Below, one piece after another: positions 36,305-47,055 of a stretch of DNA of 50,629 nucleotides. The position numbers and the translations under genes are program-made. Positions within the stretch are counted from its first letter, which is position 1. The number at the start of each line of letters is the position of its first letter. The stretch is taken from positions 1 through 50,629 of the forward strand of contig NKIB01013845.1 of assembly GCA_002256025.1 (NCBI GenBank). The letters run 5' to 3'. This DNA is from Asterionella formosa (Eukaryota). The notes beneath the pieces were generated by a model. It had not been told where the DNA came from. It searched no databases and was given only the letters and a program-made list of their open reading frames with translations.

Positions 36305-37165
36305 GGTTCCTGCATTTCAACCCTAGCTTAGAGGTAGGGTTAAAAAACAAATGAGTCATACTAATCAAACACATACTTTTCACGTCTAAACTAAATATGT
36401 AGATCGCTACTCGGAGCTTTCACCATTGGACACCCTTTCCATATGCTTAGATGCCGTCATTGATCGAAGTAGGGGTATAGGTAAACTCTATGTAACGTCA
36501 GTACATAGGATCTGGCCAGAAACTGCAAAAAAGGAACCTCAGTTTTTTAACTATGCTGAAAATAGTGGATTTTACCGGGCTGACTCGTTTATTTGGCCTA
36601 GTAAAAAAACCGAAGTTCCTTTCTGCAGTTTCTCGCCGAAAGTTAACTTCTGGGGCTATATGAAGATTACCTGTGTACTTAACTCTTCTTTAAACCCAGC
36701 CAACGTTGAGCTATTGTCCCCCAAAAATTCGACAAAATCGGCTTTTTCAACGGTCTCCAAAATGTCGGAATCAGAATTACTATTCTCCGCAACGTCATCA
36801 TTGGAATGGTAGTATTGTGCTAAAATATTTAGTCGTAAAATCTCCTGTACAAAAAACTCCATTGTACGTGCCAGCTTCACTATAAATATTTTGATTGGTC
36901 AACTTCAATTTCTTACCAATATTTGATTGGCCGGTTTGCGACGAGGTCTTGCAAACCCACATCGGCCACACTGGATATCTTGGGTGAATATTGTACCGAA
37001 TTCGAAAAGGAATCTATGCACGTACGCGCAAATTTCCAATGATTTGAATATTTCAAATGGAATCATGTCGTTTAAAAATATTTCATAAAAGTTCTTAGTT
37101 CCAGGGAATTTCGGCAACCCTAAGCAATATTTTAATTTTTGCCTTAGGGTTGAAATGCAGAAACC
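36305..37165. mobile_element. PIF/Harbinger (Tourist-like) non-autonomous element, 861 bp
   Basis: 21-bp TIR GGTTCCTGCATTTCAACCCTA / TAGGGTTGAAATGCAGAAACC (1 mismatch); TAA on both flanks (36302-36304, 37166-37168); no transposase. Confidence 0.85.
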
Positions 37166-37169
37166 TAAA

Positions 37170-37490
37170 ACATACAAAATTGATATTTAAACCTTTACCC
37201 TATATCCTCATCGCTGTGTGTAGACATAATTTTGCTCAACGCCAAAAACACATACCCGGTATATAAATCAGGAGTATGCCAACATGTACACTCATGGTTC
37301 GTGTTTGCACGTTATATTGAATCTACGCTGCTGTATGTAGTTTTGATATAACTCGATGGACAAAGGTGTATATAAAAATCAGTACGGGACCAGGTACCGA
37401 AGTACCGGTGTACCGGTTGCACCTGGTACATAAACTTCGTCCATGACGATGGAAGACAGGATGAAACTGGTACCGGTGTCACGAGCACAA
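37170..37490 (+). repeat. Unclassified dispersed repeat, copy A (copy B about 48672-49035)
   Basis: Shared TAGACATAATTTTGCTC.ACGCCAAAA, ATCAGGAGT, ATATTGAATCT...TGCTGTATGTAG and GACAGGATGAAACT blocks. Confidence 0.75.
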
Positions 37491-38325
37491 GCCAAGCCTC
37501 AACGGAAGCGTACCAGCCCTTGCACGACGCGCTCTTGATTACATATATATTTGCCAATAATATTTAACCCCCCAAAATTATTGCCGTTAACAATTTTAAG
37601 CACGTTTTCCGGATGTCACAGGTACCGTCCCCTAAGTACCTGGTACAACAGATCAGACCTACGTCAGACGGGAAGGAGTACGTGACCTTCTCGTTTTCTT
37701 CCTGTATATGTTTAACTGGTATGTACGGAAGTGTAGGAGCGGTCGTCATCTGATGAGTCGCTATCTTTGCTGATTTCATCAGGCAGATACATATGGATGA
37801 GTACCCTGGTATGCTACCACAAACCACGCAGTGCGTCCCATCATTTTCTTATTGGTAGTAATCGGGTTTTTTAAAATAACGATACACATGTAATAAAATT
37901 CTAGTGCTATTTCTATTCGCTAAAAGTTTCGGCGCGAGATTTGACTATTCTAGGATTTGGTCGATGCGGTGGGAAAAAATATGAAAAATTCGACTATTGA
38001 TAAAAAAATTCTCAACCAAGTGACGTGTATTGATATTTTCAACTGCAATTGGCTTTGGTATTTGGTCGATGCGGTGGCGATGCTCTATAAATATGTCCTT
38101 CGCGAAATGTACCCTGTTGTTGGTATTACCGGTAGTCTAATGATAAAGATTTAGAATGACCCCGTTCGTACAGACAATCAATCTAGCGAGGCCAGCGACC
38201 TCTCGAAAAGATACCAAAAAGGAAGATGTGCAAGCTTCTCTTGACAATTTTTCATCAAAATTTCAAACCCATTTGTTGCCATTAGTTTAAGATCTCTTTA
38301 TTTTGAAGAGGTTGCTTTCTCAAAC

Positions 38326-39993
38326 ATGCGAATCCATTGCAAAGTAAAAGTCGCATTATTCCTTTCATGCGTTATCATCTTTGGTTGTAGCGCAGCAGCC
38401 GAACGGAACATCCGATTCCTGCATGGCCTTCACAATTCCAGTAGTGCAGATTGGAACCTCATTCATCACAATGGTGGCAGTATCATGTTTGCTAATAAGT
38501 CTCGTTTGTCCATCCCTAGTTCTCTGCCAACAGATTCATCCAACACTGTTCTAACCCATAAACCGGTTCATGACACGGAAAAAAATGAAACATTGTCACC
38601 TAACAAAACACAAGATACAACACTATCTAGTAAAACTCAAAATGCATTTTCATCAATGATAAAACGAGTTGCATTAGAAGCAGCGACATTAAGAACCAAA
38701 GCACCAGTGTCACAAAGACCTACCTTGGCACCAGTGACGCGAAGACCTACTTTGGCACCAGTGACGCGAAGGCCTACTATCTTGGCACCAGCGAAGCGAA
38801 GGCCTACCTTGGCACCAGTGACGCGAAGACCTACTACCTTTGCACCAGTGACACAAAAACCAGTGACTCAAAGTCCTACCTTGGCACCAATGACACCAGC
38901 TCCAGTGAACCCGCCTGAGTCGCCTCCAAGCAAAGCACCTATTGATCCATATGATCTAGGCCTTCGCTACAACAAAATCAAGTTTAAGAATGACATAGTG
39001 CCCGAAGGAGCGATGTTACCAATGATGCCAGAAGACTATCCAATTGACTTGGCGACGGCTCAATGGTTCCGAAAATCGTTGTGCCCATCAATTATAGTGG
39101 AAGCGGACTGCAAAGAATGTGACATCTCTTTTAAAAACCTCATTGACTTGGTTGGTGGGTTGCCCTCAAATCCATCTAGCAACATCACGTCTCCATTTTG
39201 GGAAAATTTCCGTGAAGTCGTTGATATGCAAAAGAAACGACTGAATAATGCTTCTGTCTCGGAGTTTATTCCGCTTCCAGTTGTCTGGCAAGGATTCAAT
39301 ATCAGCAACGTTGCTGACGCTGTCCACAACGAGATTCTCGGCATTTACCACCTTGACCTGATTAAGCTATTTTTTGCCTCAGGATCCAAGGTTGACAACA
39401 CTATCATTCCGTCTGACTCTATGATCGAATTCCTTCGTGGTATTGTCTTGGTATGTCATTTGAATTTTTGGGCCGTCAGTGCTGTGGGACCCTTGAACTT
39501 TGGAGTGAAGTACTATGTTGGACGGATGAGACCCGAAGAAGTGGTTTGGAAAATTCACAAAGGGGAAATTGAGGCTCCCGATGACCTTGTTCAAACTATT
39601 GCCAATTTCCAGTTGACTAGCATGACAAGCTTCACAGCCTACCCAGAAGGCTGCCCTCAGCACCCATCATGGCCAGCAATGCATTCAGCTGCATCAAGTG
39701 CCAGCCTTTGGCTACCAGTGGTCATGAATCTCACGGAAGCACAGGTCTGCGAAGTGAAGCGCCTGGACTATGCAATCTCATACGCGAGAACTGTTGCTGG
39801 TGTTCACTACCCTGACGACAATATTGCTGGCCTGAACATTGGTCAAGAAATTATCGCCTTAAAGCTTGCGGATGAGCTTCACACCAAGTACGGAAGTGAT
39901 ATTGATGTGGTCAATGAAAAAATCAATCTTTTCAGATTTGACTGGAATGATTTCAAGATGTCAGACTGCTACCTCGATGGTATCACTGCTTGA
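38326..39993 (+). CDS. Secreted vanadium-dependent haloperoxidase / PAP2-superfamily protein with Pro/Thr-rich stalk
   Basis: Signal peptide; KYYVGRMRP (KX6RP, about 39508), HPSWPAMH (PSGH-equivalent, about 39661), RTVAGVHYPDD (RX5HX3D, about 39787); intact and intronless, 555 aa. Confidence 0.85.
   Translation: MRIHCKVKVALFLSCVIIFGCSAAAERNIRFLHGLHNSSSADWNLIHHNGGSIMFANKSRLSIPSSLPTDSSNTVLTHKPVHDTEKNETLSPNKTQDTTLSSKTQNAFSSMIKRVALEAATLRTKAPVSQRPTLAPVTRRPTLAPVTRRPTILAPAKRRPTLAPVTRRPTTFAPVTQKPVTQSPTLAPMTPAPVNPPESPPSKAPIDPYDLGLRYNKIKFKNDIVPEGAMLPMMPEDYPIDLATAQWFRKSLCPSIIVEADCKECDISFKNLIDLVGGLPSNPSSNITSPFWENFREVVDMQKKRLNNASVSEFIPLPVVWQGFNISNVADAVHNEILGIYHLDLIKLFFASGSKVDNTIIPSDSMIEFLRGIVLVCHLNFWAVSAVGPLNFGVKYYVGRMRPEEVVWKIHKGEIEAPDDLVQTIANFQLTSMTSFTAYPEGCPQHPSWPAMHSAASSASLWLPVVMNLTEAQVCEVKRLDYAISYARTVAGVHYPDDNIAGLNIGQEIIALKLADELHTKYGSDIDVVNEKINLFRFDWNDFKMSDCYLDGITA
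38701..38900 (+). repeat. Coding tandem repeat, 27-30 bp units encoding APVTRRPT(L)
   Basis: About 7 units of GCACCAGTGACGCGAAGACCTACYTTG-like sequence. Confidence 0.9.
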
Positions 39994-40827
39994 GAAGTTT
40001 GGCTTTCAGCAGCTGACCTGCTTGTTGCAGGATTTCTCCCTCTCACAGAAGAGGAGCAAGTCGCTAGGCGCATGCGTCTTGGCAAGCATAATCTAACAAA
40101 AAATTATAGTTAAGTATGGTTTTGGGGTTAGGGAAAAGGGAGGACACCTCTAGGTGTCCACCCTATGTAGCTAGCACCCAGCCCTTCTCGGGCTGGCTGG
40201 GCATGTATATGTAGCACAACAATGTGTGACTAATCCTATTGTTGTGTTAAAATATTTACCTTTTTAGATAGATCTATATTGTTGGACAAAGAAGGCTACA
40301 GATAGAGATGTTTGTTTCTCTCTTTTTTAATATTCTTATTGTGAGTTACTAAATTAGTTTAGGGTGTTCAGTTTGAATAATCAAATGAACTATTCTTGAT
40401 ATGCTGTTTGCATTTCTTAGAAACATACATTCACAGATAGACCCATGACTATCTCACACTTACTGATCATATGTTTATAATCATTGATCATTCATTTCAA
40501 ACTATCGGTCTTCCGAAATAGCTTATATCGTCCGGCTCATTATAGGCGGAGTAACAACATGGAACATGTGGTTGATGAGGGCTTGGCACATCAATGTCAA
40601 CTCATTCAAATCATTTGACTCCCAGTCATCACTACGTACCAGTAGATGAGATCACTTTAACATGTACAGTACCGGTATGCATATGATAGTTAGTACAGTT
40701 CAAATATTTGGAGCGAGTGACCCGAGGAGGGGAAGCCCCGTTTGCAATTTAATTTACATACAGTATGATATACCGGTAATTATCATTCCTGTCTTATCGG
40801 CGCTTCGCGGTACTGGTACCTGTACCT

Positions 40828-40917
40828 GCAAGTTGCGGTCATTTTGCTTGAACTAACATATTAATCTGGGATAAAGATAGCTAAATCTTTAGATTCAGCA
40901 AAATTACCGCAACTTGC
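40828..40917. mobile_element. 90-bp mini inverted-repeat element nested in the Tc1-like left arm
   Basis: GCAAGTTGCGGTCATTTTGCTTGAA ... TTCAGCAAAATTACCGCAACTTGC; absent from the sister copy near 22440. Confidence 0.75.
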
Positions 40918-41829
40918 CTGATATAGATGTACCGGCAGTATGTACCTGGTACCAAAAGATGATGCGTGACCCAAGGCAGAGCAAAAAACAAAGAGATGAT
41001 TTCAAACCAAAATTTTCCCTAATACCGGTATGCTATCCGCAGGGCAATGGCTTGATTCTTGCCTACATACAAATACATAATATTTTAGCCACCACGAATC
41101 AATAACAGCACGCAGGGCAGGTCGTCCGTGATTAAATAAGGTGTAGATCTTTACACTGACTTCGGTATGTACCGGTTCTGTAGAACACTGCTACAAAAAA
41201 TTTGTGGACTAGTTAGCATAGCGGTACCTGCCGCTATCACAAAGAATGGCCATACTGTACAATACCAGGTACCAGTACTGTGCATGTCTCCTGTGTGCAC
41301 CGATAGGATAGCTGTATCTGACCATTTTGACCAGCATGATGAGCCAAAGAGACATTGGTGCACACAGCAAACAATACAGCACCCATCCGTTTATATTGAC
41401 TTGTTTCAAGTTTCAAGGCTGCCATAAGCGAACATGTGCTTCATGATTGCTGGCTACCAGCATACCAATTGCGGTTATGCATGCTCCAGAAATACTCAAT
41501 TGAGGATGTAGCTAGCACAGTTCAATTTAGCTTTGATGATAAGGGTGGTCAACAAGCAAGGTGCTTCCTCTCATGAGTTCTGCACCAAACATTCTAGAGA
41601 TTCAAGGTGGCCAACAAGTGCAAGTATACAGTCATTCCTTCCAAAATCGGAAACATTGCTATTTCTTCATTGTCACCGCCAAATTGAAATTCGTTCCTGC
41701 CCTCCCTTCACAGTTGAAAGCATCATCATCATGGTAGCAAGATTTTATATTGACAAGGCTTCTTCTAGCAGGCAGTCAGAGTGAGCCATTGTCAACAAAA
41801 ATTTCTGAACAAGAAATTATAGTGATGGA

Positions 41830-44245
41830 TGATGCTATCAACAATGGCAATGAAGATGGGCGGATTGGAACGACCAAAACTGCGAAAGAGGAGCAATGAA
41901 TCAGAACCAATTATAATTAGTCCTGCTGAGAACATCATCAGATGAAAACAGATGCTGATGCATGGTGGCATTCTGGAGATGCTCAAAAGTTATTTGCTCC
42001 AACAAATTTATATGCTGGGAATGGCGCAGATGTCCGGAAAATTATTCTTGAGAGAATAGTAGGCATCTTGGAGGATGTGAACAGCAATCATTGGGACAAC
42101 TGGAGAAAGGTGGTGTCGTATGGTGGTGACTCAAATAATGCCTGCTCCTGTTTAGATAACTTCACAATTCGCTTTCGAAGTCTGTATTTGGCACATGATG
42201 CAATGAAGAATTTTTTGGAAAATGTTGCAGAACACATTGCAAGTCAGTCGACATGGAAGCAGTCACTGATAAATGCAATACATCACATGAATGACATACT
42301 AGGAATTGAGATTTACTCTAACTTTGATACTTTGTAAGTCGCATGGCAACCAGAATATTAAAGATTTGCGGGTTGAATTAATGAATGAGTTTAATGTTGA
42401 TCAACTTGTCCCAGAATTAGTTTCAAGACTTAAGATTGAAGTTGATGATCGGGTAACTACAAATTTGACAAATGAAGATATAGCTGCATTTTTATCATCA
42501 TATATTCTACTTAGCATTACTACTATATCTAGATGGATGCATGCTGTTGGATTTAGATAAAAAAACATGAGAAGCATTACTTTGTGGATGGTCATGAGAG
42601 ATCTGAAACAATCATAGCATACAGGCCCATCTTTACAAACAAAAATCTTTCGATTGAGTTGCGCACACATAGATGGATTCAAATTACAAAGGTAGATTCT
42701 AAGCTATTATAAAGCAATGGTGATATTGCAGAGAATTGTGGCTTTTACTATAGCACTGATGATGGAGTTGAGATGGTTGAGTAGCATGTTGATACAAGCT
42801 AGTACAAATTCCAAGACAAGATCGATGAGCTCCCAATTGGAGGCAACCTAAGTGTGAGGATAAACTTGGAATCTAGACCTGTAATGTTCATTGGTGGACA
42901 AGATGTGGCTATATTTAAACAGTTTCTTTTTTATCCAAGATGTGGGTTGGTCCTAAGGGAGAGTGGCCACTACTTCCAAAGGATGAAGTTAGTACAGACT
43001 CAATGATTTCTGCATTTTTCTGTTGTGAGCATGGGCTACTCCAACAGATACCAATAAATATTCTTGCTGAAATAAACCTCAGTCGCCTTGGGAAGAACTA
43101 CGCAGACGAGGAAGCTGCAATTGAAGTGTATGGTGGTGGAATACAAAATAAACCATTAACAGCAGAAAGGTCTCCATTTCTTTTTGTGTTTGATGTGGAG
43201 AAAACCGAGAAGGATACTGGAACTATGCCCACATGGTGCTCCAGTTCAAAGATGCTGTTGATGTCCTGCAGGTGCTCTACCCCACATTCGACTTTGTCTT
43301 TCTATTTGATCACAGTGTTGGTCACTCCAAGGAACGAATTGATGGCCTTAATTTGTTTTGGGCCCATTCCCACAGACACTGAATGTTGGGGACACACAGC
43401 AAATGAATTTCGAAAATGGCCATGTTGGTCCATTCTGGATGTCACCAACACAAAGGGAAGCAACACAACATGACATTCAATTATGGACCACCTGCTCTAG
43501 TACCAATGAAAGAAATCGTTCCGCCTTGGAATTAGACCTGAAAACAAAAGGGATCATCACCAAGGGAAAGAACAAGAAGGAGTTAGTTCAACTTTGTGTT
43601 TTGCATGAAATTCCTACAACCATAACTCTCGAAAATTTTCGTGAAGGATGGGAAGGAAGAGCGAAGGGTTTGCTGGGAGTTCTTTGTTGGGAAAGAGGAT
43701 TTTCATTGACAGCACAAGCCTAAACAAATATACACTTAATGGGAAGAGAGAACTCGGAGACGTCAACAATGTCAACAGCTTGAGACACATAATGGGAATG
43801 TGTGATGACTTTTTAAATGGATAGGGAATGCTGCAATATATTTCATCCAAGATTGGCGTCGTGGTCCTCCTGACACCCAAATGTCATGCTGAACTTTCTG
43901 GGGAAGGGATAGAGTACATGTGGGCTTGTTCCAAAGGTGCATACCGAAATTTGAACTTGAAAGAAAAAGAAGGGGAAGGAAAACTTCAATGCAAGTGTGC
44001 GCCATTGTCTTTCAGAGCAAATCATCACAGTTCGAAGAATGCGAAAGTTTGAATGGCGTGCTTGTCGGTACCTAATGGCTTACTGTGCCATTGATTCTGG
44101 TCAAGTTGACCAACAGACTCAACAAGGCTTTTCCAAATATTGCCCTGTTGCCTTACTAACACAGCTCATCAATGAATTCAAGACACATCGATGTGCCTTT
44201 GACTTTGACTACAAGTTTGTTTGGAGTGTGATGAATGAAGATTGA
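41830..44245 (+). pseudogene. DDE transposase pseudogene (Tc1/IS630-related)
   Basis: Across frames: TTISRWMHAVGF, YFVDGHE, GGNLSVR, GQD.AIFKQF, WVGPKG..PLLPKDE, EGYWNY, LFDHS.GH, TPKCHAELSGEGIEYMW; many stops and frameshifts. Confidence 0.8.
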
Positions 44246-45164
44246 TGGTCTTGGCTTTCCTGTTGGTGCATCAATCCTTTTACCTACTACATCATAGCTG
44301 TGGTATGATGTCAAAATATAGAAACTTCATTTAGACTAAAAACGTCGCATACTAGATCTACGGCGGCTACCCAATCGAGTCCAAGCGTGCACCCAGCCAT
44401 ATATTTCAACACTACTGTACTCCACCGGAATGTGAGTACTTCACTGTACGTCCATACCAACTATGATATCGTCACTCATAATATAGGGTAATGATTTAGC
44501 TAATACCTGTACCGGTACCAGGTAACTGGTACCAATACACCGTAAACTTCATTGTCCTGGTAGCCCAGGCAGTTTTATGCTTATGTTAAAAACGGTAAGC
44601 AATACCGGTACCAGGTACTAGTTGTAGGGTGGCTGGTTTGCTGGCTGGCTCGAAATAAATAAATCAGTAGGATACATTCTGTTATTTTGTCTATCATTGA
44701 TGCTTGCTTTGGGTGCTTGGTGCCAGTCGCTCGGAGAAACATGCACCACAGCAATTAACAATACATATTACATATGAGGACCATTACCGGTATGTTTAAG
44801 GCGTTCTCAACATGTGTAGCTACTAAGTAATTGCTTAGAAGTGCGGGGCTCTACTGGAAGTTGTTAATTGATTTGAAATGGTCTACACACCAAGTGTATC
44901 AAATTAGCCTATCGGTATGTTGTTGCTGCATTTGAAACCCTATTACAAACTGTAGGCAAAAGTTAATAGTTGCAGAAATTCACTGGAAATTGGAATGTTT
45001 ATGTGCTATAATTATAAATCACAATGAATCCCAGTGGAAAATTTCCCTTGTTGTGCTGTGTATATACCATAGATTTCTCCTCGAATCGGCTAAAATAAAT
45101 ATACATTCTCCATTGCTCTATTTATGTATACTCTTTACTCCGGGGAAAGAAGGCTTCTTACTGA

Positions 45165-45445
45165 TAATGGTTAGCACACCTCATGAGGTGGTGGGGTGAT
45201 TCCTGCATTTTTAGCACACCTCATGAGGTGGTGGCTTTGATTCCTGCATTCTTCACCTGTTGTTCTTTTATGTATCATAGTTCCTATTAGTAGGGTTCTG
45301 GGGTGTGTGGCTGATGAAGAGACAGGTCCCATTTTACGATGTCGACAAATAAAACAAGTACTAAAGGTGTCCATTTATTTGGGAATGAGTGCGATTATTG
45401 GATAGTAGCTTTGAAATACTATAAGATTTAATTCACAAGTTTTTA
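45165..45445 (+). mobile_element. tRNA-headed SINE-like element, copy 2 (40-bp internal head duplication)
   Basis: ATAATGGTTAGCAC...GATTCCTGCATT occurs twice (45171, 45211); then CTTCACCTGT, GGCTGATGAAG.GACAGGTCC and ATGAGTGCGATTATTGGAT as in copy 1. Confidence 0.6.
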
Positions 45446-45756
45446 TATACTCTATACTCTGATCAATAATTATGTTTCATATGAACCAGCAGCTTGATAT
45501 ATATTTGTTGATGATAAAATAATCCGAAAACGCAACAATCAACATGCATGAGTAATATTACACATCATCAGTTTGTTGTCGCCTTGAAATATCGCATGTA
45601 AGTGTGTTCTTGAAGAGCACCTCCATTGTACTGCGGTGTTTTCTTGAACCCTGCATGTTGTCTCCCAGTTGTCCATAATTTTCTGCCCTTCCAATCATTC
45701 TACTGCCCCATATTAGTATTTTAAAGCGATGAATATTTCTGAGTCAGTAAGTTTCT

Positions 45757-45885
45757 GGGTGCTCTCCTGGTCCCATTGTACCGTATGGATGAACAAAAAC
45801 GGTACAAATTGTGTTCATTTATTTGGGTTATAGTGCGATTATCGGATAGCTTTAATGTACTGTAAGATTTAATTGACATTTTATG
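45757..45885 (+). mobile_element. SINE-like element, 5'-truncated copy 3
   Basis: GGTCCCATTGTACCGTATGGATGAA...AGTGCGATTATCGGATAGCTTTAATGTAC...TAAGATTTAATT. Confidence 0.55.
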
Positions 45886-47055
45886 ACGTTGTAAGTTTCG
45901 AAACTCATTATTCACTTCCTTCCTTGCTTTTTCTCAGGTGTGGCTCGCTCTATTTTGCTTTTGTTAATGCCTCCGGTTTGTTGAGTTCTATGCCTGTTGA
46001 ATACCTTTTGATTCCAGCTATCTTTCTCATCTCTTTCATGTTTTCGTAACTTTCTATGTTTCTAATAGCTTGTCATTTTCAGTCGCCTGCGCCAGTATTG
46101 GCATGAGTAAGCTGCTGAGCATACCTGATTAGACCATGCATAATAACCGTTGGTTTTCTTTACTGATTTTTCACCCATTAGAATGGCTCTACTGATGTCC
46201 AGACAATTTTCCCCATTCATCTGTAACGGCCTCTTTTATTGCCCTACAAAGCGCCAGTGTTTCAATCCACTGTGAGACATTATGATGTTGCCAATACTTT
46301 TTCACGCTTTCAAATATTTCTTAAATTCGCTTGTCCTGACTTGTATAGCTACATGAATGATCTGTTTTGGAATTGGCTATATTTGACTGACTACCTCCAA
46401 AAAATATGGTTGCATCCATGTCACTGTATAATGCCATGTGATCTGCTTGTATATGCATAAATGTAAAACGGGAGCACACATCATGTTCTTTTCTTTGCTC
46501 TGAGATGTACTCACTCCCGAAAAATAGTCGATAGTCTTTGTGACTCTATCAAATGTTACTGGACATATGTGGTCTGACGTTTGTCTGGTAGAATATTTTG
46601 AAAAGCGCAATTGCTTAAACTGATGATAGCCCCTGTGAGCGAAGTATCACCCAATTCTTCATTCGCGTCTAGCTATGGCTACAAAATATCTCCCTGCCCT
46701 CCTCACTCTAATGGTGGCTATGTAAAAATTTGGTAATGCCTGTAATAATAAGTTGTGATCTTAGGTTTAGCGACAGGTGTCCTTGATTGGATAGTAGACA
46801 GTGCCATCTCCATGTTGTGCATGGCATCGACATTTGGTAGACTCTGTATGCTGTCATGAATACTATTTCTATCAAATTCCTCCATTTGAGTGTCATGTAG
46901 TAGTAGCTCCAGCGACCCAGACCTTGTAGTGGTGGAGGGAACAGTAGCGAACAAACGACGAGGATGAAGGAGGGGGAGAGTAGTGGGAGTCAAATGATGA
47001 ACCTGACAAGCTCAATAGGAGTTTGGAAGGGGGGTATTTTAAAAGAATGATTCAG

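Larger units (their letters stand above)
40696..44417 (+). mobile_element. Decayed IS630-Tc1-mariner-like DNA transposon (about 3.7 kb)
   Basis: TA|CAGT...ACTG|TA ends with imperfect ~50-bp inverted similarity (AAATATWTGG...GGGWAGCC..CGT); contains a transposase pseudogene. Confidence 0.6.

Noticed and set aside
45171..45250. CRISPR-like direct repeats
   Set aside because: Two adjacent 40-bp units with no spacer, eukaryotic context and no cas genes; it is a SINE head duplication.
46000..47000. Short minus-strand ORFs as a gene
   Set aside because: Fragmented, with no identifiable motif.
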